Assembly (NCBI RefSeq): GCF_004376175.1
Contig: NZ_SNUY01000060.1
Coordinates: forward strand, 1-27,542
Source: Halalkalibacterium halodurans
GTDB lineage: Bacteria; Bacillota; Bacilli; Bacillales; Bacillaceae_D
Length of the DNA stretch: 27,542 nt
Reading direction: 5' to 3'
Under the pieces are notes generated by a model. That model worked only from the letters and a program-made list of their open reading frames with translations. It searched no databases and was not told the origin of the DNA. Made by a program: the position numbers and the translations under genes. Below are positions 1 to 7,915 of the stretch, one piece after another. How positions within the stretch are numbered: position 1 is the first letter of the stretch; each line of letters opens with the position of its first letter.

Positions 1-182
1 TCGTTGCTTTAACCATATCAGAAATGGATTCTTTTTTCATTTATTTGATGCATGGACCATTTAGCTCAATACCTTGATAGATAAGCATTATTTGGGCATT
101 AAAGGTTTTTTATGAATAATTCAGGTTAGGTTCTATTTTAGAGCGCGGAGCTGGAAATGCAAGTAGTGTCTACTTTCCAGAT

Positions 183-887
183 ATGGTGTTGAACTCAACA
201 GCAGGAAAGCTTGCCAAGAAGTTTGGTATTAAAGGTTTTAGCTCTTCTCATAGCTCAGGTGGTATAGATGGACTACAAGCGATCCTATATGGGATGACTA
301 GCATTCTTGATGGGAAGCAATCAACCGTGCTAGTAGGAGCTGGAGATGAGCGGTCTGGATTATCTGATGAGATTGATCGAGCAATGAACTTACAGAATAG
401 TTCTTATGAGATCGGTGAAGGAAGTACTTTTCTCTTGTTAGCAGATACAAAAGTTGCTGAAGAGAAAGGTCTAGATCCGATTGCTACAATCGAAGGCTTC
501 GGTCAAGCGTTTTCTGGCCAAAATGATATGGATCAAACGATTAAACATGCTGTGGAGCAATGTTTGCAAAATGCAAACCTTTCTGAGGATGAGATCGATT
601 TCATCTTTTACCATAACAACAATGTGACAGACATCGATGCGTTTCTTCAATTAAAGGAACGCCTAGGGCATATCCCTGTTTATACATTGAACCATCTTTG
701 CGGTTATATGGAATCAAATGGATCGCTTTTTCACGCACAAGTGGCACTAGAGCTGCTTGCTTTACCAAAAGAAGAACAACAGTCTATGATTCATGCTTTT
801 GGTTGGCCGAAAAACGATCTGAGAACAGGGCTTATTATCACTACATCGATTAACGGGAATTCTATGGCCATGGCCATTAGAAAATAA
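183..887 (+). CDS. Beta-ketoacyl-ACP synthase-like (thiolase-fold) protein, catalytically degenerate and chain-length-factor-like; 5' end uncertain
   Basis: FPDMVLNSTAGKLAKKFGIKG resembles the KAS I/II segment just before the active site. GEGSTFLLL, EGFGQAF and the C-terminal GxxxS..A layout follow FabF-type KS. The nucleophilic Cys position reads SSGGIDG and the first catalytic His position reads SGQN. The frame is open from 120 (stop at 117-119), but the first start codon is ATG 183 and it has no Shine-Dalgarno. Confidence 0.55.
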   Translation: MVLNSTAGKLAKKFGIKGFSSSHSSGGIDGLQAILYGMTSILDGKQSTVLVGAGDERSGLSDEIDRAMNLQNSSYEIGEGSTFLLLADTKVAEEKGLDPIATIEGFGQAFSGQNDMDQTIKHAVEQCLQNANLSEDEIDFIFYHNNNVTDIDAFLQLKERLGHIPVYTLNHLCGYMESNGSLFHAQVALELLALPKEEQQSMIHAFGWPKNDLRTGLIITTSINGNSMAMAIRK

Positions 888-906
888 AAAATGGAGGGAA
901 TGTAGA

Positions 907-1194
907 ATGAAATCTATTAGCGAAATTAAAGAAATTATTAAGGTGAATATTTTGATTGAGAGATTGGAGCTGGAGGACATTGAGGCAGATGAAATTGAGG
1001 ATGAAGAGCCATTGTTTGGAGATGGGCTAGGACTTGATTCAGTTGAGGCCCTTGATGTTGTCGCAGGTGTTGAAGCTGAATTTGGCGTGAAAGTAGAAGG
1101 ATTGGAAGAGGAGGATGTTCGTAAGCATTTCTACTCTGTTGCTACTCTTTCATCCTTTATCGAAGAGCAATTGAAGGAAAAAGTAGGGAACTAA
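907..1194 (+). CDS. Acyl carrier protein (phosphopantetheine-binding)
   Basis: 95 aa and acidic. It carries the GLGLDSVEALDVV motif with the Ser attachment site. GGAGGGAA lies 8 nt upstream of the ATG. Confidence 0.85.
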   Translation: MKSISEIKEIIKVNILIERLELEDIEADEIEDEEPLFGDGLGLDSVEALDVVAGVEAEFGVKVEGLEEEDVRKHFYSVATLSSFIEEQLKEKVGN

Positions 1195-1204
1195 ATGGAA
1201 TCAT

Positions 1205-1237
1205 CGGAGTGTGGCTTTGCCCATACTCCGGTCTTTT
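1205..1237 (+). terminator. Stem-loop plus short T-run between the ACP and the FabG-like stub (attenuator or terminator)
   Basis: CGGAGTGTGG (1205-1214) pairs with CCATACTCCG (1221-1230), with one G-U pair and a 6-nt loop. GTCTTTT follows. Confidence 0.4.
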
Positions 1238-1255
1238 AAGCAAAGGGGGCTCACC

Positions 1256-1447
1256 ATGTTATTACGTGATAAAGTAGCCATTGTAACAGGTGCTACAAGG
1301 GGAATCGGAAAAGAGATTGTAAAAACGTTTGTTGAACAGGGAGCTTTTGTCTATGGCATCTACGCGTCTAATCATGAAGCTGCAAGGGAAATCGAAAAAA
1401 CCCTTAACCAAGGGGAAAAATGCGTTTCTTATCCTTTCCTCAGATGA
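1256..1447 (+). pseudogene. 3-oxoacyl-ACP reductase (FabG/SDR) N-terminal fragment, only 63 codons
   Basis: MLLRDKVAIVTGATRGIGKEIV...VYGIYASNHEAAREIEK is a classic SDR Rossmann start (TGxxxGIG). AAGGGGG lies 6 nt upstream. The ORF stops after about a quarter of normal SDR length. The catalytic S/YxxxK region is absent. Confidence 0.7.
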
Positions 1448-1979
1448 ACGTCAGCGTGCGGAACGCATGAAATCATCCGTTTACGCAGAGCGTTTCAAAC
1501 TGATTAGGGGCTATTTACGTTTCTTACTTTCAACCGTGCTCGCGCTTCCACCAAATCAAATTCACTTTACTTATGGGAAGTACGGAAAACCCATAGTCGA
1601 AAATAACGACTATTTCTTTAACGTTTCCCATGCTAAAGATTACTTTTTGATCGGTTTGCATGAAACGGCAGTCCTTGGCGTTGATATTGAATGTCCACGC
1701 CCTTTTCCACCCAAAGTGCACCCGTTCTTTTTCCATCAAGATGAGATCAACTTATTAGCTTCAGTGGATCCCGATCAGAAGATGAGACTATGGCTGTCAT
1801 TATGGACGAGAAAGGAAGCGCTAGGGAAAGCAGTAGGGGAAGGATTGAGCAGCAACATAGGAAAGCAATCCGTTCTGTCCGATACAATTCACTATAACGG
1901 TCGTGAATATGTTCTTTTGACCCAACACGACCCTAGTTACGTGAAAACCATCTGCCTTGAAGGGAAGAGTGTGCAATAA
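1329..1979 (+). CDS. Sfp-type 4'-phosphopantetheinyl transferase; core intact, native N-terminus apparently lost (possible pseudogene)
   Basis: LSSDERQRAERM..., FNVSHAKDYFLIGL, GVDIE and WTRKEALGKAVGEG are Sfp/EntD-family motifs. Homology only begins near 1425-1440. The candidate starts are TTG 1329, ATG 1374 and ATG 1466. The first two lie out of frame inside the FabG stub. None of the three has a Shine-Dalgarno. Confidence 0.65.
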   Translation: MLNRELLSMASTRLIMKLQGKSKKPLTKGKNAFLILSSDERQRAERMKSSVYAERFKLIRGYLRFLLSTVLALPPNQIHFTYGKYGKPIVENNDYFFNVSHAKDYFLIGLHETAVLGVDIECPRPFPPKVHPFFFHQDEINLLASVDPDQKMRLWLSLWTRKEALGKAVGEGLSSNIGKQSVLSDTIHYNGREYVLLTQHDPSYVKTICLEGKSVQ

Positions 1980-2081
1980 GTTAAAATTCCACTTACACTT
2001 GAATACAGTAGCGACCTCCTCCTGTTTTACTTGTTTTACGTTTGATAATGACGTAAAGTACCGAAAAAGGGAAAATGGCAA

Positions 2082-2121
2082 AAAAGACATTCGGTTATCG
2101 CAACAGAACCGAATGTCTTTT
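2082..2121. terminator. Bidirectional intrinsic terminator
   Basis: Perfect inverted repeat AAAAGACATTCGGTT (2082-2096) / AACCGAATGTCTTTT (2107-2121) with a 10-nt loop. The A-run and T-run are included in the arms. Confidence 0.6.
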
Positions 2122-2140
2122 CCGTTGTTAATGATGGGAA

Positions 2141-2586
2141 TCATCCCCATGATCTTGATCGTGACTCTCTCTCTGGTTGTGTAAAATGTTCCAACGTTCC
2201 GAGCTGTTCCCCTGTGTAAGGATCGAGGAATACCGTGAGTGGCCCGTTGACCGTTGAGAGTGTCACTTCACTTGAACGGGTAGAGCTCTCTCCTGGGCGA
2301 TACGCTGTAATGACCGAATCAGGGTACTGTTCATGAACCATTTCTAATTGTTCATCTGGAGACAGGCGATCTCCGGTTGGCGTCACTTCGTTATACTGTT
2401 GATAGAGTGTTTGTTCGATTTGTGGTTTAAATAAATAGATTCCCCCGGTTACACCAAAATGATCAAAAACGGGGCAACAATCACCCCAGCATAAAAGTGC
2501 CACCGCCAAATAACTTGATAGAGTGATGGCTTCGTTTCATTCATTTGTTTGTTCGAATCTCCGCTCGTTGATTTTGCTACATCCAT
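2141..2586 (-). pseudogene. PepSY-associated TM-helix protein, frameshifted and 3'-truncated
   Basis: A minus-strand ATG at 2586 follows AAAGGAG and gives MDVAKSTSGDSNKQMNETKPSLYQVIWRWHFYAGVIVAPFLIILV-stop. The family sequence continues in another frame (GVTGGIYLFKPQIE...DPYTGEQLG, ORF 2141-2509). A 1-nt loss in a G-run near 2454-2455 explains the shift. Only about 150 aa remain, which by my recollection is well short of normal length for this family. Confidence 0.7.
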
Positions 2587-2864
2587 GTCTTCTTAACTCC
2601 TTTGTCTGTTTCATGAACCAACGTTGAGTGTTACATAAAAATGTGAGGAAAACGTGAAGTCGTAAAAATATTTAAACAATGTTCACGGACACTTTCATTA
2701 TCAATAAAGAATGATGTTTTCAGCGATAAGTGTGAGGTTGGCTGAGCAAACGTTACATGGAAATCAAATACATACCCCAGATTCCGCTTTCACCGTAAGG
2801 CCGTTTTGTCTATAATAAAAAGGATGACTTCAAATCATAAACACTTCCACAAAAGGTGACGGAC

Positions 2865-3845
2865 ATGACAACGATTTTAGATATTGCTAAATTAGCAGGT
2901 GTAGCCAAAAGTACCGTATCTCGTTATTTAAATGGCGGCTCTGTCAGCGAACCAACAAGGCAAAAAATTGAACGAGTGATCAAGGAAACAGGGTATATCC
3001 CGAATGCTTTTGCCCAAAGCTTAAAAGCGAAGCAAACGAATTTTATCGGAACGGTTGTCCCTCGATTAGATTCCTTTGCTGCTTCAAGAACGGTCATGGG
3101 AATTGATGATGAGTTAAAATCGTTAGGTTATCAAATGCTCATGTCCAATACGGATCAAAGCGTAGAGCGAGAAATCGAGACGATCTATAACTTAGCGAAT
3201 CAAAAAATTGCTGGGGTTATTTTGCTTGCCACTGTCATTACGAAAGAGCATCTCAATGCCTTTCGAGAAGTAGGCATTCCGACGTTACTCGTCGGTCAAG
3301 AGCATACTGAGGTTCCGTGTTTGATCCATGATGACTTTAAAGCAGGTTATGAAATGGGGAAGCATGTGCTCAGCAAGGGGCATAAGCGGATCGCGTATTT
3401 AGGTGTCGGGGAACACGACATTGCGGTAGGAGTTAAACGTAAAGAAGGGTTCAAGCAAGCGATGGCCGAGCATGGTCCGTGCGAGGTGGCGTATTTCGAA
3501 ACAAGCTTTAGCATGCAAGATTCGTTTCGCGTGTCACCGAAAATGATCGAAACCTATCGACCGTCAGCTCTCGTCTGTGCAACAGATAATATTGCGTTGG
3601 GGGCGCTAAAAGGGGCCTATTCGATTGGAATGAACGTACCGAAAGATCTGTCGATTACGGGATTTGGCGGCTATGAGGTCACCGGGATTATCCATCCAAG
3701 CCTCACGACAGTGAATTTTCACTTTAAAGCTGCAGGAAAAATGGCGGCGAGAAAAATGATCAAATTAATGAACGGAGAAGAGGTAAACCATCTTACACGT
3801 ATGGATGTGGAATTAATTGAACGAGAAAGCGTTGACAATGTGTAA
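2865..3845 (+). CDS. scrR: LacI-family transcriptional repressor of the sucrose operon
   Basis: MTTILDIAKLAGVAKSTVSRYLNG is a LacI/GalR HTH, followed by a periplasmic-binding-fold core. It lies directly upstream of the sucrose PTS genes and their palindromic operators. I prefer ATG 2865 (AAAGGTGA upstream) to the track's GTG 2856. Confidence 0.88.
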   Translation: MTTILDIAKLAGVAKSTVSRYLNGGSVSEPTRQKIERVIKETGYIPNAFAQSLKAKQTNFIGTVVPRLDSFAASRTVMGIDDELKSLGYQMLMSNTDQSVEREIETIYNLANQKIAGVILLATVITKEHLNAFREVGIPTLLVGQEHTEVPCLIHDDFKAGYEMGKHVLSKGHKRIAYLGVGEHDIAVGVKRKEGFKQAMAEHGPCEVAYFETSFSMQDSFRVSPKMIETYRPSALVCATDNIALGALKGAYSIGMNVPKDLSITGFGGYEVTGIIHPSLTTVNFHFKAAGKMAARKMIKLMNGEEVNHLTRMDVELIERESVDNV

Positions 3846-3861
3846 AAGCATGAGATATAAT
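3832..3861 (+). promoter_or_regulatory. Sigma-A promoter of the sucrose operon
   Basis: TTGACA (3832-3837), an 18-nt spacer, then TATAAT (3856-3861). It overlaps the 3' end of scrR. Confidence 0.6.
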
Positions 3862-3866
3862 GAGGT

Positions 3867-3880
3867 CGAAACCGGTTCCA
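3867..3880. promoter_or_regulatory. LacI-type operator O1 (CGAAACCGGTTCCA)
   Basis: A 14-bp palindrome centred on CCGG, just downstream of the -10. It fits the LacI-family TGnAAnCGnTTnCA pattern. Confidence 0.65.
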
Positions 3881-3898
3881 AAGGACTATTAATTAGAA

Positions 3899-3912
3899 TG
3901 GAACCGGTTCCT
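3899..3912. promoter_or_regulatory. LacI-type operator O2 (TGGAACCGGTTCCT)
   Basis: Exact repeat of the GGAACCGGTTCC palindrome, centred 32 bp from O1. Confidence 0.65.
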
Positions 3913-3954
3913 AAAGACTAGGCTAAGATTTTTATTTTTGTTTTTGTTTTCTTG

Positions 3955-3968
3955 TGGAACCGGTTCCT
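3955..3968. promoter_or_regulatory. LacI-type operator O3 (TGGAACCGGTTCCT)
   Basis: Third copy, identical to O2. It lies about 30 nt upstream of the EIIBC start and is centred 56 bp from O2. Confidence 0.65.
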
Positions 3969-3999
3969 AAAAAAGATTATGATAAAGGAGAGGCAAACA

Positions 4000-5376
4000 A
4001 TGAATCATCAAGAAGTGGTTAAACAGCTTATCCCATTGTTAGGTGGAAGAGAGAACATTGTCAGTGGGACTCATTGTGCTACTCGTCTTCGCATCGTGTT
4101 AAAAGACGATCAGCTGGCGCAAACGAAAGAGATTGAACAACTTGACGGAGTAAAAGGGGCGTTCTTAAGCTCAGGACAATATCAAATCATTTTTGGTACA
4201 GGTGTTGTGAATAAAGTATACGCAGCTTTCGCTGAGGAAACAGGGTTAAAGGAAGGGAATCAAGAGGATCATCAAGAAGCTGTTAAGAAAAAAATGAACC
4301 CAATTGCGCGTTTTGCGAAAACGCTATCAAACATCTTTGTTCCAATTATTCCTGCGATTGTTGCAAGCGGTTTATTAATGGGTCTCCTTGGAATGATGAG
4401 AACGTTTGAATGGGTAGCTCCAGATCACGCACTAATCGTATTGCTTGACATGTTTTCGAGTGCGGCCTTTATCATTTTACCAATTTTAATTGGTGTTAGT
4501 GCGGCAAAAGAGTTTGGCGGCAATCCTTACTTAGGGGCAGTCATGGGTGGTATCATGACCCATCCCGCGTTATTAAATCCATGGGGACTCGGGAATGCGG
4601 AGCCAGATTATTTAACGTTTCTCGGCTTTGATATCGCTCTTATCGGTTATCAAGGTACTGTGATTCCTGTCCTACTTGCTGTATATGCAATGAGCAAGAT
4701 TGAGAAAGGTTTACGCAAAGTTGTTCCAAACGCAATTGATTTACTCGTCACACCGTTTGTGACCATCATGTTAACAGGTTTTATTTCCCTTATGGTCATT
4801 GGACCGATCGGAAACTTCATTGGAGATGGAATTACCGTCATCTTAAATTTCGTCTATGATCACGTTGGCTTTGTTGCCGGACTATTGTTTGGTGGTGTTT
4901 ATTCTGCCATCGTTATTACAGGTGTACATCATAGCTTCCACGCCATTGAAGCAGGCTTAATCGCAAGTATTGGTATAAACTATCTGTTACCGATTTGGTC
5001 TATGGCCAATGTAGCGCAAGGCGGAGCTGGACTTGCGGTCTTCTTTAAAACAAAACGAGCAAAAACGAAGGAAGTGGCTCTACCATCGGCGTTTTCCGCT
5101 TTTCTCGGAATTACTGAACCGGTCATTTTTGGGGTTAACTTAAAATATCGTCGCCCGTTTGTCGGAGCGATGATTGGAGGGGCATTAGGCGGAGCATATG
5201 TTGTGTTCATGAATGTTTCCGCAGTAGCCTATGGTTTAACAGGGATTCCGATGTTGGCGATCGTTTCTCCACTCGGAACGATCAATTTGCTCCACTATGT
5301 CATTGGATTCTTTATTGCCTTAGTCACTGCTTTTGTTGCCACATGGCTATTAGGCTTCAAAGAGGAAGAAAATTAA
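4000..5376 (+). CDS. scrA: PTS sucrose-specific EIIBC component (SacP/ScrA-like)
   Basis: The N-terminal EIIB has the phospho-Cys motif GTHCATRLRIVLKD, followed by a polytopic EIIC. ATG 4000 follows AAAGGAGAGG. The track's TTG 3952 extension runs through operator O3. The context is fructokinase plus GH32. Confidence 0.9.
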   Translation: MNHQEVVKQLIPLLGGRENIVSGTHCATRLRIVLKDDQLAQTKEIEQLDGVKGAFLSSGQYQIIFGTGVVNKVYAAFAEETGLKEGNQEDHQEAVKKKMNPIARFAKTLSNIFVPIIPAIVASGLLMGLLGMMRTFEWVAPDHALIVLLDMFSSAAFIILPILIGVSAAKEFGGNPYLGAVMGGIMTHPALLNPWGLGNAEPDYLTFLGFDIALIGYQGTVIPVLLAVYAMSKIEKGLRKVVPNAIDLLVTPFVTIMLTGFISLMVIGPIGNFIGDGITVILNFVYDHVGFVAGLLFGGVYSAIVITGVHHSFHAIEAGLIASIGINYLLPIWSMANVAQGGAGLAVFFKTKRAKTKEVALPSAFSAFLGITEPVIFGVNLKYRRPFVGAMIGGALGGAYVVFMNVSAVAYGLTGIPMLAIVSPLGTINLLHYVIGFFIALVTAFVATWLLGFKEEEN

Positions 5377-5394
5377 ACATTGAAGAAGGACCTG

Positions 5395-5420
5395 AGGGGA
5401 ACACCTTTGCGCGTTCCCCT
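5395..5420 (+). other. Intercistronic stem-loop between scrA and scrK (no U-run)
   Basis: AGGGGAAC (5395-5402) pairs with GTTCCCCT (5413-5420) around a 10-nt loop. It is more likely an mRNA stabiliser or processing element than a terminator. Confidence 0.45.
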
Positions 5421-5446
5421 TCATGTATAGGAAGGGAGTTATCGAG

Positions 5447-6406
5447 ATGAACCGAGGTGTTATCTGCTTAGGTGAAGCGTTGATTGATTTTATTCCGATG
5501 GATTCTACTAATGAAATCTACCAAAAAAGTCCCGGGGGTGCTCCGGCAAATGTGGCTGTAGGATTAGCCAAGCTTGGGGCAAAGTCAACGTTTGTCGGCA
5601 AGGTGGGAGACGACTTGCTCGGGCGATTTTTAAAAGAAACTTTGTCGAAAGCGAATGTAAACACTGAGCACATGCTGTTTAGCAAGGAGGTCCGTACTGG
5701 GGCTACGTTTGTAACCCTTGCAGTTAATGGCGAACGAAGCTTTGATTTTTATATTAATCCGAGCGCGGATCGTTTTTTAGAAAAAGGTGAGGTTGCTCCT
5801 ACTATATTTGAAGAGCATGGTGTTCTCCATTTCGGTTCAATTAGTTTAATAAGTGAACCGGCACGAACGGCGACAAGACATGCTGTGTCGTTAGCAAAGA
5901 AAAATGGACTGATGATCTCCTATGATCCGAATTTACGCCTAAACCTTTGGGAGGATGAGGAGCAAGCACGATTGCTCATCACTTCAATGCTAGGGGAAGC
6001 AGATGTGCTGAAAATCAGTGAGGAGGAATTGGCGTTCATCACGGGCGAACAGACAATTGAGGCGGGTTTGGATCAGCTTGCAGCTTACAACATTCCGCTT
6101 GTTTTTGTCACATTAGGGGAAAAAGGTAGCATCGTTTCGTATAACGGCATCCAGCGTAAGGTTCCGGCGATGGCAGTACAAACAGTTGATACGACCGGTG
6201 CAGGTGATGCATTTGTTTCAGCTATTCTTTTCAAACTGCAAGAGCAACGGAAGCAAGTAGCTGAGTTGTCTATCAAAGAAGTAGAGCAGATGGCCCGATT
6301 TGCTAGCGTGTCTGGAGGGTTAGCGGCTGCAACGAAAGGGGCGATGACGGCATTGCCGACCCTTGAGAAAGTTAATGACATCCTACGAAATGAACAGATG
6401 GAGTGA
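5447..6406 (+). CDS. scrK: Fructokinase (PfkB/ribokinase family)
   Basis: VICLGEALIDFIP is the N-terminal motif and VDTTGAGDAFVSA the ATP/anion-hole motif. ATG 5447 lies 8 nt after GGAAGGGAG. Confidence 0.85.
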   Translation: MNRGVICLGEALIDFIPMDSTNEIYQKSPGGAPANVAVGLAKLGAKSTFVGKVGDDLLGRFLKETLSKANVNTEHMLFSKEVRTGATFVTLAVNGERSFDFYINPSADRFLEKGEVAPTIFEEHGVLHFGSISLISEPARTATRHAVSLAKKNGLMISYDPNLRLNLWEDEEQARLLITSMLGEADVLKISEEELAFITGEQTIEAGLDQLAAYNIPLVFVTLGEKGSIVSYNGIQRKVPAMAVQTVDTTGAGDAFVSAILFKLQEQRKQVAELSIKEVEQMARFASVSGGLAAATKGAMTALPTLEKVNDILRNEQME

Positions 6407-6413
6407 AGTGTTG

Positions 6414-7877
6414 ATGACGAATCGAGATCAAGAATTACGACAAAAGGCGAAAGAGACCATTAAACGATATGAGCGCTTAGTACAACGTGATCCATACCGT
6501 CTTGTTTATCATTTAATGCCACCTGTTGGGTTATTAAACGATCCGAACGGGTTTATTGACTGGGATGGGACCTACCATTTATTTTATCAGTGGCATCCAT
6601 TCGAAGCGGCTCATGGGCCTAAATTTTGGGGGCATTTCGTATCAGGCGATCTAGTCTTTTGGGAAGAGAAAGAGCCCGCGCTTACGCCAAGCGATTGGTT
6701 CGATAAAAACGGCTGCTATTCAGGAAGTGCTGTAGCAGATAATGGAAAGCTAAAACTCTTTTATACAGGGAATGTAAAAAATGAAAATGACGAACGGGAA
6801 AGCTATCAATGTGTAGCAGAATCAGAGGATGGCTTAACATTTACAAAAAAAGGGGTGATTTTGCACGTTCCGGACGGTTATACGGCGCATTTTCGTGACC
6901 CAAAAGTATGGAAGCGTGATGGCATCTGGTATTTAGTGATTGGAGCACAGACAAAACAGATCGACGGGCACGTTTTGTTGTTTCGATCAGACGATTTAAA
7001 AGAATGGAAGTTTGCTGGTATTGTGACAGGATCGAATGTACGAAGTATGGGTGATTTCGGCTATATGTGGGAATGCCCAGACCTTTTCCATTTAGATGGG
7101 GAGGATGTTTTGCTCGTTTCACCACAAGGGCTCGAAAAGCAAGGTTATCTTTATCATAACGTTCATAATACCGGCTATTTTATTGGTCGGCTCGATTATG
7201 AAACGGGCGAGCTTGTCCATGGGCCATTTAAAGAGCTAGATCGAGGCTTTGAATTTTATGCGCCGCAAACCACGATCGATCGTTACGGTAGACGAATTTT
7301 GTTCGGCTGGATGGGGGTACCGGATCAGGGAGAGGAGAAGCATCCAACGGTCAAACATCAGTGGATTCATGCGATGACATTACCTCGTGAACTGAAGTTA
7401 GTGGATGGGAAAATCTATCAACGCCCAGTGGAAGAGCTCAAACAATTACGAATAAATGAAGTGTCACGACCAAGTGTAAAGATCTCAGAACACCCTCAGA
7501 GGTTTGAAGAAATCTCTGGCGAAGCCTTTGAATTACTCCTTCATGTTGAAGAGAATCAGGCAGAGGTGTTTGAATTAACGATACGCGATAATGTCCGTGT
7601 CATTTTCAATCGAGGGTTAAAACGACTAACATTAGAACGAGTGAGCTTTGTTGATGGTTTAACCGAAAGCCGTCATTGTGAGTTAGCTGAGCTATCATCG
7701 CTTCACCTCTATGTGGATACGTCTGCTGTCGAGCTGTTTGTAAACGAAGGCGAGGAAGTGTTCACGGCTCGGTACTTTGCAGATCCAGCCAATCGCAGCA
7801 TTCAGTTTAAGACGCTCCATGGCTCTCTAACAGCTTCTCTGAAAAAATGGGCGCTAGACTCCATTATGAAAAAATAA
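6414..7877 (+). CDS. scrB: Sucrose-6-phosphate hydrolase, GH32 (SacA/ScrB-like)
   Basis: GH32 signatures are present: LLNDPNGF, FRDPKV and WECPDLF. ATG 6414 follows GGAGTGA, which overlaps the scrK stop. Confidence 0.9.
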   Translation: MTNRDQELRQKAKETIKRYERLVQRDPYRLVYHLMPPVGLLNDPNGFIDWDGTYHLFYQWHPFEAAHGPKFWGHFVSGDLVFWEEKEPALTPSDWFDKNGCYSGSAVADNGKLKLFYTGNVKNENDERESYQCVAESEDGLTFTKKGVILHVPDGYTAHFRDPKVWKRDGIWYLVIGAQTKQIDGHVLLFRSDDLKEWKFAGIVTGSNVRSMGDFGYMWECPDLFHLDGEDVLLVSPQGLEKQGYLYHNVHNTGYFIGRLDYETGELVHGPFKELDRGFEFYAPQTTIDRYGRRILFGWMGVPDQGEEKHPTVKHQWIHAMTLPRELKLVDGKIYQRPVEELKQLRINEVSRPSVKISEHPQRFEEISGEAFELLLHVEENQAEVFELTIRDNVRVIFNRGLKRLTLERVSFVDGLTESRHCELAELSSLHLYVDTSAVELFVNEGEEVFTARYFADPANRSIQFKTLHGSLTASLKKWALDSIMKK

Positions 7878-7879
7878 CA

Positions 7880-7906
7880 AAAAACTTGGCTCGGGGCCAA
7901 GTTTTT
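7880..7906. terminator. Bidirectional intrinsic terminator after scrB
   Basis: AAAAACTTGGC / GCCAAGTTTTT hairpin flanked by an A-run and a T-run. Confidence 0.75.
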
Positions 7907-7915
7907 TGTTAATCG

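Noticed and set aside
1821-2184. Overlapping ORFs 1821-2150 (-) and 1957-2184 (+) downstream of the PPTase
   Set aside because: Both run straight through a perfect bidirectional terminator hairpin (2082-2121). Neither has an SD or any recognisable motif. This is most likely non-coding DNA left by the deletion that truncated the PepSY gene.
3913-3950. T-rich tract TTTTTATTTTTGTTTTTGTTTT in the scr leader as an intrinsic terminator or attenuator
   Set aside because: No stable GC-rich hairpin immediately precedes it. It is more plausibly flexible or bent spacer DNA between operators O2 and O3.
3952-3999. Upstream extensions of track ORFs: TTG 3952 for the PTS gene, plus 8246-8341, 12336-12395, 24203-24343, 17421-17591, 5423-5446 and 6363-6413
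   Set aside because: Each extension crosses a promoter, an operator or the preceding gene and lacks an SD. An internal ATG/TTG with a good SD coincides with the start of homology in every case.
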